The notes under the pieces: model-generated
Database searches by the model: none
Seen by the model: the letters and a program-made list of their open reading frames with translations, nothing else
What the model was told of the DNA's origin: nothing
NCBI GenBank assembly: GCA_016932035.1
Contig: JAFGDR010000022.1
Span: 1,226-65,225 of the forward strand
DNA: 64,000 bases
Origin: Candidatus Cloacimonadota bacterium
GTDB taxonomy: Bacteria; Cloacimonadota; Cloacimonadia; JGIOTU-2
Reading direction: 5' to 3'
Shown here: positions 48,427 to 59,274 of the stretch, one piece after another
How positions within the stretch are numbered: the stretch's first letter is position 1
Layout: every line of letters begins with the position of its first letter
Made by a program: the position numbers and the translations under genes

Positions 48427-48747
48427 TATCTGGATCAGCTTAATTAAGAAGAAAATTATTACGATCCCACTTCCTGTTACAATAAAAGCTCTCACCATTT
48501 CAGGCGTGAAAAACGATCCCTTCTCCCTTTCTTTGCTTCTGTTTTTTTTGGTTGGTTTTGCGTGAGCCCTTTTCACAACAGACATAATACGGAACTGCTC
48601 CTTTTTGAGCCATACGATCCCATCTTCAGGTGTCCTGAAAGGATATAATCCACGACGACGCTTATGATAGAAATCCTTCATATTCATGCCGGAACGTTCA
48701 GCGTCTTCTTTAAAAATTCTGTACAGTATTTCGTTATCTGTGCTCAT
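48412..48747 (-). CDS. Hypothetical small protein with a C-terminal TM helix
   Basis: Basic N-terminal half and a hydrophobic C-terminus 'FIVTGSGIVIIFFLIKLI'. Confidence 0.3.
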   Translation of the reverse strand: MSTDNEILYRIFKEDAERSGMNMKDFYHKRRRGLYPFRTPEDGIVWLKKEQFRIMSVVKRAHAKPTKKNRSKEREKGSFFTPEMVRAFIVTGSGIVIIFFLIKLIQILKVF

Positions 48748-48884
48748 GGTAAAACAAGTTATGCTGCATTACGTTTGTGTCAATAAAATCATCATAGTCC
48801 AATTGCATTCTCTAAAAAACTTGCATTAATTTTGCGGTCCTCAAGATTTTATCCACTAATATATACTTCAAGGAGTTTATCAGT

Positions 48885-50678
48885 ATGTTAGACAAGATGC
48901 GTGGTATTTCTCGACCTGTTATCTGGATCGTTGCGATCGTTTTTATCGGCGGTATGGCTACGATGGGGATCAGCAGCGTATTCCAGGAAAAGCCCTTTGT
49001 TGGCAAGATCGCAGGTGAAAAAATAAAATATGATGAATACTATAAATTATTACAAAACACCTATACAAATTACATGCAGGATCCCGCTAACCAGGGAAAA
49101 GAGATGGATGAAGCAACCTATCGCAGGTTGAATGATCAGACCTGGGAACAGCTTGTGCAAAGGGTCATTCTTACCAAGGCGATAAAGGATTTCGACATCA
49201 AGATCTCTCCAAAAGAAGTCGCAGCTAAGATGGTTAATGAACCCCCGGAAATGATAACGACCTATGAAGCATTCCTAACTGACGGACAGTTTGACAAGAG
49301 TAAATATCTGCAGGCTTTGCAAAATCCGCAGATTGACTGGTCATGGCTTTCTGATTACTATGAGCAGATCCTCGAATTTGATAAGCTGAAAAATTTAGTA
49401 AATTCAGAAGTTATCATCACCGAGCAGATGGTTCTGGAAGATTATGTTAAAAAGGAAACAAAGGTCAAGGCAGATGTCATCGTATTCTCCATCGATCAAA
49501 TCGATTCGGTCTATGTTTCTGATGAAGAAGTCCAGACTTATTACGAAGATCATCTTGATGAGTATGAAGAGAAACCTCAACGCAAATATCGCTATGTGAA
49601 AATTCCATTAACTCCAAGTCCGGAAGATGTTAAAAATTCCGAAGATAAGATAAATAAGGTTTATGAATATGCGATCGCAGGTGAGGATTTTGCAGAGCTT
49701 GCTCGTGAATATTCAGAAGGTCCTTCCGGTCCTGAAGGTGGAGATCTCGGCTATTTTCCGAAAGGAAAAATGGTCAAAGAGTTCGAAGACGCTGCTTTTG
49801 CTATGAAAGTTGGTGAAATCAGCAAACCTGTTAAGACCCAGTTCGGATGGCATGTCATATTGGTGACAGATCGCAGAACGAATGAGATGGGACAGGAAGA
49901 GATGCGAGCTAGTCACATTCTCGTCAAAGAAGAACCGGGTGCCGATGCGCGAAGAAATATCGAAACTATAGCCCAAAGTATCTATGAAAATGCATTGATC
50001 GACAGCTTTGATGTTGTGGCTGATGAACATGGACTTGAAGTTGAAGAAACAAATCCCTTTGCGATCGATTCACGTTATGTACCGGGTCTTGGAAGAACAC
50101 AAATGCTCATAGATTTTGCATTTGATAATGAAGTTGGTGATATTGCACCTCCTTACCGTAATGATACCGGTGATTATTACGTCGCTCAAATCTCCTATGC
50201 CATTGGTGAACACTATAAACCTTTCGAGGATGTTGAAAGACAGATTCATGATAAGATTGCAAAAGAAATGAAAATGAAAATGAAGAAAGAAGAAGTTGAT
50301 GCAATCGCACCGGTTGTTACATCGGATAATTTCGATGCCGTAGTGAAAGATAACGAGTTAAAACTCGTCAATACCGATTTCGTTGCTGAAAATATGTACA
50401 TTCAAGATGTCGGCAAAGAACCCATGCTTGTAAAAGAATTGATAGAGCTTCAAACACCTGGTTCAATAACAGGTATTATAAGAGGAGCCAAAGGATATTA
50501 TATCGCCAAGCTGGTCGAAATTCAAGCAGCTGATATGGCTCAATTTGAAGAAAAGAAAGATGAGCAGCGAATTCAGGTAGAGAATCAACTCTTCAATCAA
50601 AACTACAATCAGTGGTATAATAAAGTGAAAGAGCAAGCGAACGTAAAAGACTGGAGAAGTAAATTCTTTAGATTATAA
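48885..50678 (+). CDS. Periplasmic chaperone / peptidyl-prolyl isomerase PpiD-like (SurA-family, parvulin domain)
   Basis: N-terminal TM anchor 'ISRPVIWIVAIVFIGGMA'. Parvulin 'GGDLGYFPKGKMVKEFEDAAF...FGWHVILV'. Confidence 0.7.
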   Translation: MLDKMRGISRPVIWIVAIVFIGGMATMGISSVFQEKPFVGKIAGEKIKYDEYYKLLQNTYTNYMQDPANQGKEMDEATYRRLNDQTWEQLVQRVILTKAIKDFDIKISPKEVAAKMVNEPPEMITTYEAFLTDGQFDKSKYLQALQNPQIDWSWLSDYYEQILEFDKLKNLVNSEVIITEQMVLEDYVKKETKVKADVIVFSIDQIDSVYVSDEEVQTYYEDHLDEYEEKPQRKYRYVKIPLTPSPEDVKNSEDKINKVYEYAIAGEDFAELAREYSEGPSGPEGGDLGYFPKGKMVKEFEDAAFAMKVGEISKPVKTQFGWHVILVTDRRTNEMGQEEMRASHILVKEEPGADARRNIETIAQSIYENALIDSFDVVADEHGLEVEETNPFAIDSRYVPGLGRTQMLIDFAFDNEVGDIAPPYRNDTGDYYVAQISYAIGEHYKPFEDVERQIHDKIAKEMKMKMKKEEVDAIAPVVTSDNFDAVVKDNELKLVNTDFVAENMYIQDVGKEPMLVKELIELQTPGSITGIIRGAKGYYIAKLVEIQAADMAQFEEKKDEQRIQVENQLFNQNYNQWYNKVKEQANVKDWRSKFFRL

Positions 50679-50702
50679 TTAACAAAGATATATAAAACGA
50701 AA

Positions 50703-50731
50703 GGGCGAAAATTAATTCGCCCTTTTTTTTT
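50703..50731. terminator. Bidirectional rho-independent terminator
   Basis: gggcgaa-aattaa-ttcgccc hairpin plus a 9-T run, with an A-rich stretch upstream. Confidence 0.55.
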
Positions 50732-50745
50732 GAAAATATTATTTT

Positions 50746-51108
50746 TTATGGCAACACGTGATCCGGGAATTCAGCTTCATTTGGACAAATTACAACAATC
50801 TCTCCTGTTTCAAAATCTCCGCTAGCAATATATTTATCACCATTTCCATTTTCCGGGCATTCATAAGCATGCCGTAGATAGCCGGTTCGGACAAGTTCCA
50901 CAAGATCACCGTTAAAAGACTGTTTTCTTTCAAACATATAGTCATCAACGGCATCCCTGATCTTTTTCATATTCTCAATACATTGGTCTGTTTTTTCTTG
51001 TGCTTTAACATTATAGAACTGTGGAATAAGGAGAATAGCAGCAAGCGCAATGATCGCTATTATGCTTATTACTGTATAAATTGAGAACCCTTTACTATTT
51101 CTGAGCAT
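50746..51108 (-). CDS. Hypothetical protein with a prepilin/pseudopilin-like N-terminal hydrophobic segment
   Basis: 'KGFSIYTVISIIAIIALAAILL' resembles class III signal peptides, but it lacks the canonical Glu at +5. Confidence 0.3.
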   Translation of the reverse strand: MLRNSKGFSIYTVISIIAIIALAAILLIPQFYNVKAQEKTDQCIENMKKIRDAVDDYMFERKQSFNGDLVELVRTGYLRHAYECPENGNGDKYIASGDFETGEIVVICPNEAEFPDHVLP

Positions 51109-51176
51109 TTATTATCTCCTAAAAATTTTGTTTAAATGAATTTCATCGCTCTGTTCAGTCAAGTTTTTAATCTAAA

Positions 51177-51740
51177 TCAATTTTTCAAACTGTGACCTGC
51201 AGATACAGGTATCAATGCTTTTATCTGCACCTTTGCACCGTGAATTATATCAAGTACCTTTCCTTGATTTTGTTCGATCTTATAGAGCATTTCACCAAGT
51301 TCTTTATAGGTTGTTTCAAGGATGATTTCCTTCTTATTTGTTATAACAACGATCTTTGCATTTTTAATCGCTTCCTGCGTAGTTTCCGTATATGCTTTGA
51401 CCAGCCCACCAATCCCAAGTTTTGTACCACCAAAATATCGAACAACGACCAGGAGCACGTTCACAAGTTCTTCTCCGATAAGCACTTTTAAGATAGGAGG
51501 TCCGGAAGAATGAGTCGGCTCTCCTGCATCAGTAGCATATTCATACACATTCTCATCTTCAAGCAGACGATAGGCATAGACAATATGTGTCGGTTTTTTG
51601 AACTCATCCTCAACAGATCGAAGAACATCATTGACTTCACTTTCAGACCTGACGTGAAAAATCTTACCATGAAATTTGGAATTTCTGATTGTCAGTTTGA
51701 TCCACGTTGATGTAGCTACTGTTTTATATTGCTCTATCAT
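51177..51740 (-). CDS. yigZ: IMPACT/YigZ family protein (UPF0029)
   Basis: 'VVVRYFGGTKLGIGGLVKAY' signature. The listed ORF start at 51788 is an N-terminal over-extension. Confidence 0.7.
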   Translation of the reverse strand: MIEQYKTVATSTWIKLTIRNSKFHGKIFHVRSESEVNDVLRSVEDEFKKPTHIVYAYRLLEDENVYEYATDAGEPTHSSGPPILKVLIGEELVNVLLVVVRYFGGTKLGIGGLVKAYTETTQEAIKNAKIVVITNKKEIILETTYKELGEMLYKIEQNQGKVLDIIHGAKVQIKALIPVSAGHSLKN

Positions 51741-51825
51741 CTTGTATTTGCAATATTCACTTGAGTTTTTGTCAATATTTGTTGACATAATTTTACCATC
51801 GGGGTGGGTTATAACCGTGAAAGAA

Positions 51826-52284
51826 ATGATCGTTGTCAGTGCTTGCCTTCTTGGATTAGGTTGTTGTTATAATGGATGTAATAACACTGATGAGAGAGTT
51901 TTGGAATTAAGAGATACATACACACTTATTCCCCTGTGCCCGGAACAACTTGGCGGCATGCAAACCCCCCGTTCTCCATCGTTCTTCATCGAAGGCGACG
52001 GATCATTAACCCTTCAGGGAATCAATAATATGATAAATGATCAAAATGAAAATGTTTCCCATCTTTTTAGAAAAGGTGCAGAGGAAGCCTTGAAGATTTG
52101 TCGCCTTTTTGATGTTAAAAAAGCGATCCTTAAAGAAAACAGTCCATCATGTGGCACACATCAGATTTATTTGAAAGAAAAATTGACAAAAGGAATGGGT
52201 GTAACAGCTACAATACTTAAATCCAATGGCATACGTGTTATGTCGGAAAATGATATAAGGAGACCAGATGAAAGGAAAGACTAA
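51826..52284 (+). CDS. DUF523 (YbbK/TudS-like) family protein
   Basis: '[16 protein letters not shown]' cysteine motif typical of DUF523. Start re-called at the in-frame ATG 51826. The listed ORF start at 51676 is an over-extension. Confidence 0.55.
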   Translation: MIVVSACLLGLGCCYNGCNNTDERVLELRDTYTLIPLCPEQLGGMQTPRSPSFFIEGDGSLTLQGINNMINDQNENVSHLFRKGAEEALKICRLFDVKKAILKENSPSCGTHQIYLKEKLTKGMGVTATILKSNGIRVMSENDIRRPDERKD

Positions 52285-52474
52285 ATGGTTTAGTAAAAAC
52301 AAGGGATACGGCTTCATCACAGGAGATGACGGCAAAGAATATTTTGTCCACTGGCGATCCATCGAGAGCGATGGTTATCGTACTCTTGTGGAGGATGAAG
52401 AAGTAGAATTTGAAGCAGTTGAAACAGAAAAGGGAGTTCAGGCGACAAAAGTCCGCAGAACACATGATTTATAA
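52268..52474 (+). CDS. Cold-shock protein (CspA family)
   Basis: '[31 protein letters not shown]' cold-shock domain, 68 aa. Confidence 0.8.
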   Translation: MKGKTKWFSKNKGYGFITGDDGKEYFVHWRSIESDGYRTLVEDEEVEFEAVETEKGVQATKVRRTHDL

Positions 52475-52488
52475 TTTCTATAACATGT

Positions 52489-53652
52489 ATGCTTGAGAAA
52501 GAACATTTCTTAGAAAAGCTTTTTAAAGAGACAAATCTTCATGATGAACATCAACTTTCCAGGTTTGCCACAAAAAACGAGGATGCATACAGGAAAGTTG
52601 AAGAACATGAAAAACGTTTGCGCGGTCCGTTTGCTGTAGATAGAGTCAGGATACTCTATACTGGCGCATATAGACGATATCAGGGAAAAACACAGGTTGT
52701 ATATTTCTCAAATCTCTTCGATGAAGAGATGTCCAACAGGAGTCTACACACAACCTATGTAGCACAAGTCTCCCGTAGTATTGGTAAGATGCTTAGGTTA
52801 AATCTTGATCTTATCGAAGCAATAGCACTGGGTCATGATCTCGGCCACCCTCCCTTTGGACATGATGGTGAGGAAATGCTCAGTGAATGCTGTGTGAATC
52901 ATGGCATTGGACGTTTTCATCATAATATTGAAAGTTTGTATATTGTCGATCAGATCACGAACCATGGGAAGGGATTGAATCTTACTTTCCAGGTTCGTGA
53001 TGGGATCGTATCTCATGACGGCGAAGTGCACGATGAGGAGCTTCATCCCAAACGGCATAAAACAGAAAAAGATCTTCAGGAATTTCTCAAGATAATGAAA
53101 ACAGAGGACACAACTAGTCCACCCGCTACTCTGGAAGCATGTGTTGTTCGCATTGCAGACACGATTGCATATATCGGTCAGGATATAGAAGATGCAATAC
53201 GGCTTGGTTTTCTTAAGCGGGATGAATTGCCAAAAGATGCGGTTCAAAAATTGGGGTCCACAAACGAACAAATCGTCAGCACACTTATCATGAATGTTGT
53301 CTACCATAGTTTTGATAAAGATTTTGTCGCCTTTGGAAAAGACACTTCGGACGCATTGTACACTCTCAAAAAATTCAATTATCAAAAAATTTATACCCAC
53401 CCATGGATCAAAAAAGAAAAATATACGATCCGTCGCGGCATGAAAATTCTTTTCGGAAAATATATGAATGATCTCGAGAAAAAGAATGATGATTCAAAGA
53501 TCTACAATCACTTTTTAAATCATAAAAGTGAACAATATCTTGAGAGCACGAATAATGCCGAAAAGGTACGTGATTTTATAGCTACAATGACCGACCGATA
53601 TTTCAACCAGGAGCTCGAAGACTATGTTCTCCCGGGAAGAGCGCTGGAATAA
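52489..53652 (+). CDS. HD-domain deoxyguanosinetriphosphate triphosphohydrolase-like protein
   Basis: 'ALGHDLGHPPFGHDGE' dGTPase-family HD motif, 387 aa. Confidence 0.7.
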   Translation: MLEKEHFLEKLFKETNLHDEHQLSRFATKNEDAYRKVEEHEKRLRGPFAVDRVRILYTGAYRRYQGKTQVVYFSNLFDEEMSNRSLHTTYVAQVSRSIGKMLRLNLDLIEAIALGHDLGHPPFGHDGEEMLSECCVNHGIGRFHHNIESLYIVDQITNHGKGLNLTFQVRDGIVSHDGEVHDEELHPKRHKTEKDLQEFLKIMKTEDTTSPPATLEACVVRIADTIAYIGQDIEDAIRLGFLKRDELPKDAVQKLGSTNEQIVSTLIMNVVYHSFDKDFVAFGKDTSDALYTLKKFNYQKIYTHPWIKKEKYTIRRGMKILFGKYMNDLEKKNDDSKIYNHFLNHKSEQYLESTNNAEKVRDFIATMTDRYFNQELEDYVLPGRALE

Positions 53653-53672
53653 CAAATAATTATAGGAAGAAT

Positions 53673-54777
53673 ATGGATGTTAATGTTTTCGCAAAAGATA
53701 TAGAAGATCTGAAAGAAAAAATACTCGAATTGCGGAGGTATCTTTGACGTAGAAACTAAAGATGCAAAGATATCACGGCTTGAAAAAGATATGAGCAGTC
53801 CTGATTTCTGGGATGATCAGGAACGAGCTCGTCAAACTGCGGAAGAACTCAGCAATTTAAAAGATGACATCGCTACATCAGACAATCTAACAAATTCTCT
53901 TGAAGAACTCGAAGCATTCCTTGCACTTTTACAGGAAGATAAGGACAAGGAGCTCGAAACTGAAGCAGAAAACAAACTCTTGCTGACAAAGAAGTTTTTA
54001 GACAAACTCGAAACCCAACTCATTCTCAGTGATCCATATGATAAGAAAAATGCGTTGCTCGAAATCCATCCCGGAGCAGGAGGTACAGAATCTCACGATT
54101 GGGCAGAGATGCTTCTCCGTATGTATATTCGATGGGCTGAAAACCAGGGATTTGGAGTTGAGCTTCTCGATAAACAGCCCGGTGACATCGCTGGTATCAG
54201 TTCTGCAACGCTTGAAATTAAAGGCAAATATGCATATGGATACTTGAAATCCGAAATAGGAATTCACAGACTTGTGCGAATCTCCCCTTTCGATGCAAAC
54301 AAACGAAGACATACTTCCTTTGCATCGGTCTTTGTTTATCCAGAAGTTGATGATAATATTGAAGTGGAGATCAGCGAAAATGATCTAAGAATTGACACAT
54401 TTCGCGCAAGCGGTGCAGGTGGGCAACATGTCAATAAGGTTAGTAGCGCAGTTCGGATCACGCATATTCCAACTGGTATCGTAGCGCAATGTCAGTCCGA
54501 ACGCTCGCAGCTTCATAATAAAGATAATGCAATGAAAGTGCTCAAATCCCGGCTCTATCAGATGTATAAAGAAGAGCAGGATAAAGAGCGTCAAAAAATA
54601 GAAAACGAGAAGAAAAGCATCGAATGGGGCAACCAGATCAGGTCATACGTATTCCAGCCATATTCAATGGTCAAAGATCATCGAACAGATGAGCAGACCG
54701 GAAATGTTCAAGCAGTTATGGACGGAAATATTGACCAATTCATCGATGCATTTTTAAAAAATAAATCATTGAATTAA
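53673..54777 (+). CDS. prfB: Peptide chain release factor 2, with a programmed +1 ribosomal frameshift
   Basis: Frame 0 runs from ATG 53673 to CUU 53742-53744, then hits an in-frame UGA at 53745-53747. The remaining ~1 kb continues in the +1 frame from 53746 to 54777. The site is 'AGG AGG UAU CUU UGA C', the canonical RF2 site. The 'SPF' motif and 'RASGAGGQHVNKVSSAVRITH' (GGQ) are present. Confidence 0.85.
53733..53748 (+). other. RF2 +1 frameshift site (internal SD-like AGGAGG, then CUU UGA C)
   Basis: Read directly from the sequence: cgg agg tat ctt tga c. Confidence 0.8.
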
Positions 54778-54788
54778 TTGAGGTCCTC

Positions 54789-56291
54789 ATGGATAATGAA
54801 AATCAACTCATTCATGCAAGAAAAGAGAAACTTGGACGCCTGCTCGAATTGGGAGCTAATCCGTTCCCGACAAAAGCAGCACGCACAAATCATATAAAAG
54901 AAATATTTGATAATCCCGAATTATTCATCAAGGGCAAAAAAAGTGTCGATATCGTAGGCAGGATACGTTCACTCAGAAAAATGGGCAAAGCCAGCTTCTG
55001 TCATATTGAAGATGAAACCGGCAAAATCCAGATTTACGTAAAAAGAGACGACATTGGTACTGATAAGTATCAAATATTCAAACAATGCGACCTCGGGGAT
55101 TTTGTTCATGTGAAAGGATTTGTCTTTTATACTCAGACAAATGAACTTTCCATTCATGCCGAGGAATTCACCTTCCTTGCAAAAGCGATCAGGCCGCTGC
55201 CAGTAGTCAAAGAAAAGATCGAAGACGGAAAAAAGGTCATGTATGATCAATTTGCAGATAAAGAACTTCGATATCGCAAACGCTATCTCGACCTTCTCCT
55301 CAATCCTGAGGTGAAACATACCTTCCAAACCCGCAGCAAGATCATTAAAATGATGAGAGATTTTCTCGATGCCCGAGGATATATCGAAGTTGAAACTCCG
55401 ATCCTTCAGCCCATATATGGTGGCGCGGCAGCTCAACCATTTATTACAAAGCATAACAAACTCGATATGGAACTCTACCTGCGTATCGCTGACGAACTGT
55501 ATCTAAAACGTCTGATCATCGGGGGATTCGAAAAAGTATACGAGGTGTGCAAAGATTTTCGTAATGAAGGAATGGACAGAACCCACAATCCGGAATTCAC
55601 GCAGATAGAACTGTATGAAGCATATGCTGACTATCATGATATTATGGACCTGGTGGAGGATATGCTAACCGGAATTGCTCAGGAAGTGTGCGGTACCTTG
55701 GACATCACCTACGATGATAAAACCATACATCTTGAAAAACCATGGCAGCGTAAACCAATGCTTGAACTCATCAAAGAACATGCAGGTATCGATGTTGAGA
55801 ATTCACGTATGGAGGAGCTTATAGCATTCTGTAAAGAGCATGAAATTGAACTCGAAGTCGAGAATTTTGGTAAAATCGTCGATGAAATTTTCAAGAGATT
55901 TGTTGAAGACAATCTTATCCAGCCGACCTTTGTTATCGATTTCCCTAAAGAAATTTCACCTCTTGCAAAATCCAAACCGGATAATCCACGTCTTGTTGAA
56001 AGGTTCGAAATATTTATTGCAGGACTTGAACTGGGTAATTGTTTCAGTGAATTGAATGATCCAATCGATCAGAGAGAACGTCTCGAAGGACAGGCAAAAC
56101 AGCGTGAACTTGGAGATGTCGAAGCAAGCGAAGTCGACGAAGATTTCCTCGAAGCAATGGAATACGGTATGCCCCCGACTGGCGGACTTGGTCTTGGTAT
56201 CGACAGGATCGTGATGCTGCTCACAAATTCGCATAATATAAAGGATGTCATCTTATTCCCACAGATGCGACCGGATAGTCACAACGAATAG
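54789..56291 (+). CDS. lysS: Lysine--tRNA ligase (class II)
   Basis: OB-fold N-domain and class II motifs ('FRNEGMDRTHNPEFT', 'GGLGLGIDR'), 500 aa. Downstream of prfB, as in E. coli. Confidence 0.9.
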   Translation: MDNENQLIHARKEKLGRLLELGANPFPTKAARTNHIKEIFDNPELFIKGKKSVDIVGRIRSLRKMGKASFCHIEDETGKIQIYVKRDDIGTDKYQIFKQCDLGDFVHVKGFVFYTQTNELSIHAEEFTFLAKAIRPLPVVKEKIEDGKKVMYDQFADKELRYRKRYLDLLLNPEVKHTFQTRSKIIKMMRDFLDARGYIEVETPILQPIYGGAAAQPFITKHNKLDMELYLRIADELYLKRLIIGGFEKVYEVCKDFRNEGMDRTHNPEFTQIELYEAYADYHDIMDLVEDMLTGIAQEVCGTLDITYDDKTIHLEKPWQRKPMLELIKEHAGIDVENSRMEELIAFCKEHEIELEVENFGKIVDEIFKRFVEDNLIQPTFVIDFPKEISPLAKSKPDNPRLVERFEIFIAGLELGNCFSELNDPIDQRERLEGQAKQRELGDVEASEVDEDFLEAMEYGMPPTGGLGLGIDRIVMLLTNSHNIKDVILFPQMRPDSHNE

Positions 56292-56302
56292 GAGGTCTTT
56301 CA

Positions 56303-58357
56303 ATGACTATACAAGAAATATATAATGAAGAAAACAAAAAAACTCGAAACGTCTATGAAAAATCAATTGAATCAATAAAAGACATCGTTCTTAAAACCGA
56401 AAATTTCGAAGCGTATCCGGACAAGCAGGAATTCATGCGATTCTTCTATGATGTCGGAATATTCATTCTTAAAATGTACGAATTCGAGAAACGATGCACA
56501 CCAGAGCATTTTTCGAACGAATCAACTCTTACTTTAATGGAAGAGAATACATCATTTTTCCTATCGATCTTACCGGAAGATTACGATACAAGCTGGGCAA
56601 ATCCCACCTATGCTGTTTCGAAACTTGGTGATAATTTTGGACAACTTTTCTCATACTTTTTCACGAGGATCAGACAGTTCATAATGAATGCTTTCCAGCA
56701 TAAACGATTTGAGATGGCTGAATGGAATGTGATCTACATCGAAGCATTCGAAGTTGTTGAATATTCGATGCCAGATTATGAAAAACTGAGACAAATCATA
56801 ACGAAGATTGATGCTGCTTACAGCTTGAGAGAAGAGCAGATACGTCTTTCAGAAAACTATGATCCAACTTTCGATTTTTTTAAGAATATCATAGAAACCG
56901 CAGATTTCTCTGATGAGCGATACCTTTTTCAGCTTGGTTGTTATATCAACGACGATACGATCCGAATCTCAAAACACCTGCAAACATTGACCAAAGCCAA
57001 AATTGTCGAGTTGGCGAACCTTATGGCGGATTCGTATGAACGGGGGTTTGTGACATCAGACAAGGATATGGCGCTAAAATCTACTGCAATGTTGATCTAT
57101 CCTGCTGGTTTTGAGCGTATTATAAAGTACCTGATTCCAGCGATGAAGAAAAAAGGACTCGACCTAATCATCAAAAGACCTTCAGGTGCGAAAACAAATA
57201 AGCAGTATCAATATGATCACCGGTTCGACAGAGCTTTATTCCTTGATGAAGCACTCCTCGAACGAGCAGAAAAAACCATTAAAGAATCCTATGAATCAAT
57301 TAAGGAACTCACCGACCAGTATTCCGGACTAATCTATTTCGAAACCTTTGGTGAAGAACCTTTCAGTCCTGTAGCAAAGAAAGAATGTCTTAAGCTGAAT
57401 GAAGAGCAGCAGGTTCTCTTGCAAAAACTTCAACAAATTGCTAATCAGATAACCTTCACTTTCATCCCTCGTGAACAAACAAGTTTTTGCATCATCGCGT
57501 TCCCAACACCGGAGATCGGTGCTGATTTTGAAGAAATTTTCAATGACACTTATGCAATCAACACGCTGAAAAATGAGGTATATGAACCAATCCAGCAGAA
57601 GATCATAGATGCACTCGATACTGCAGAATATGCACACATCAAAGGTAAAGGAACAAACAAAACAGACCTTAAGGTCATGCTTGCCAAAATTGATGATCCT
57701 CAAAAGCAAACGAACTTTGTAAATTGTACTGCAGATGTAAATGTGCCGCTTGGTGAAGTCTTTACCACCCCTCAACTTAAGGGCACAAATGGAGTACTTC
57801 ATATTGAAGACACATACCTTCGAGGGTTACGCTATAAAGATTTACAGCTTGTTTTCAAAGATGGTTTCATCGAAGATTATTCATGCACCAACTTCGACAA
57901 TGATCAAGAGAACAAAAAATATATCGAAGAAAATATACTCTTCCCGCATAAGACCCTTCCCATGGGTGAATTCGCGATTGGCACGAACACACTTGCATAC
58001 ATCGTTGCTCAAAAATATAAAATTCTTCGTCTCCTTCCCGTATTGATTATCGAAAAAATGGGTCCTCATTTTGCAGTGGGTGACACCTGCTTCACATTCG
58101 AAGAGGATAAGAAGGTCTGCAATCCCGACGGAAAAGAGATCATTGCGCGCGATAATGAGAAGACCATTCTTCGAAAAGAGGACATGAGCAAAGCATACAC
58201 ATATACACATATCGATATTACGCTTCCCTATGAATCGATCGGTTTTATTACGGCAGTTAGTAAAAATGGCACAAAAATTGACATTCTGCGGAATGAAAGA
58301 TTTGTTTTGGAAGGTACAGAAAAACTCAATGAACCATTAAATGAATATTATTCATAA
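56303..58357 (+). CDS. Peptidase M29 (aminopeptidase T/AmpS)-like protein with a long N-terminal extension
   Basis: C-terminal half has 'VNVPLGEVFTTP', 'HFAVGDTCF' and 'THIDITLP', which resemble M29 motifs. 684 aa. Confidence 0.35.
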   Translation: MTIQEIYNEENKKTRNVYEKSIESIKDIVLKTENFEAYPDKQEFMRFFYDVGIFILKMYEFEKRCTPEHFSNESTLTLMEENTSFFLSILPEDYDTSWANPTYAVSKLGDNFGQLFSYFFTRIRQFIMNAFQHKRFEMAEWNVIYIEAFEVVEYSMPDYEKLRQIITKIDAAYSLREEQIRLSENYDPTFDFFKNIIETADFSDERYLFQLGCYINDDTIRISKHLQTLTKAKIVELANLMADSYERGFVTSDKDMALKSTAMLIYPAGFERIIKYLIPAMKKKGLDLIIKRPSGAKTNKQYQYDHRFDRALFLDEALLERAEKTIKESYESIKELTDQYSGLIYFETFGEEPFSPVAKKECLKLNEEQQVLLQKLQQIANQITFTFIPREQTSFCIIAFPTPEIGADFEEIFNDTYAINTLKNEVYEPIQQKIIDALDTAEYAHIKGKGTNKTDLKVMLAKIDDPQKQTNFVNCTADVNVPLGEVFTTPQLKGTNGVLHIEDTYLRGLRYKDLQLVFKDGFIEDYSCTNFDNDQENKKYIEENILFPHKTLPMGEFAIGTNTLAYIVAQKYKILRLLPVLIIEKMGPHFAVGDTCFTFEEDKKVCNPDGKEIIARDNEKTILRKEDMSKAYTYTHIDITLPYESIGFITAVSKNGTKIDILRNERFVLEGTEKLNEPLNEYYS

Positions 58358-58365
58358 GGAGTTTC

Positions 58366-59274
58366 ATGAAAGCATACAAGATTGTACTCGTCATATTACT
58401 GGTCGGCATTCTCATCATTGGATGCAGCCAGAAAGCCCCGCTCGGGACAAAGAAGAATCCGATCAAAATGTATTTTGTTCCATCAATGGAAGCAGGAAAG
58501 ATCGTGACAAGCGGTCAGGAAATTGCAGATTATCTTCATGAAAAAACAGGATACTTTTTCAGAGTCGCAGTCCCCACAAGCTATGCCTCGGTCATCGAAG
58601 CCATTGGAACCAAAGAAACCGATATTGCATGGCTTGCCACTTTCGCCTACATCCTCGCCAATGAAAAGTTCGGAGCAGAAGTTGAGCTGACAACCGTGAG
58701 AAACGGGCTTGAGAAGTATAAGGGCCAATTCGTCGCTCTTGCAGGAAGTGGGATCGACAGTGTTGAGGATATCCAAGGTAAAGTGATTGCTTATACAGAT
58801 GCCGCATCGACGTCTGGTTACATCTACCCTTCTGCGCTCCTTGCAAAAAAAGGTATCAAACCGGCTCGTTCACTCTTTGCAGGTGGTCATCCCCAAGCAA
58901 TTCTTGCAGTATATCAGGGAACTGCTGATGTCGGATGCACATTCTGGTCTCCAACCGATGAAAATGGCACCATTCGAGATGCACGACGAGCTGTTATCGA
59001 AACGTATCCAGATATTGTTGATAAAGTAAAGATCATAGGATATACTGAATGGATTCCAAATGATACCGTTACCTTCAGAAAAGAATTTCCTGAAGACATG
59101 AAGAATGCAATCGTCGATGCTCTAATAGAATTTGCAAACACAGAAGAAGGACATCAAACTTTGCTGGATATTTTAGATATTGATAACTTTGTCCGAGCCA
59201 ATAATTCAGATTATGACGTTGTTCGTGAAACCCTCCAGGCATTGGGCACAGACGCATCCCAGTTCATACAATGA
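58366..59274 (+). CDS. phnD: Phosphonate/phosphite/phosphate ABC transporter substrate-binding lipoprotein (PhnD-like)
   Basis: Lipobox 'IIGCSQ', about 300 aa, and the first gene of the ABC operon that PhnC and PhnE follow. Confidence 0.6.
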   Translation: MKAYKIVLVILLVGILIIGCSQKAPLGTKKNPIKMYFVPSMEAGKIVTSGQEIADYLHEKTGYFFRVAVPTSYASVIEAIGTKETDIAWLATFAYILANEKFGAEVELTTVRNGLEKYKGQFVALAGSGIDSVEDIQGKVIAYTDAASTSGYIYPSALLAKKGIKPARSLFAGGHPQAILAVYQGTADVGCTFWSPTDENGTIRDARRAVIETYPDIVDKVKIIGYTEWIPNDTVTFRKEFPEDMKNAIVDALIEFANTEEGHQTLLDILDIDNFVRANNSDYDVVRETLQALGTDASQFIQ

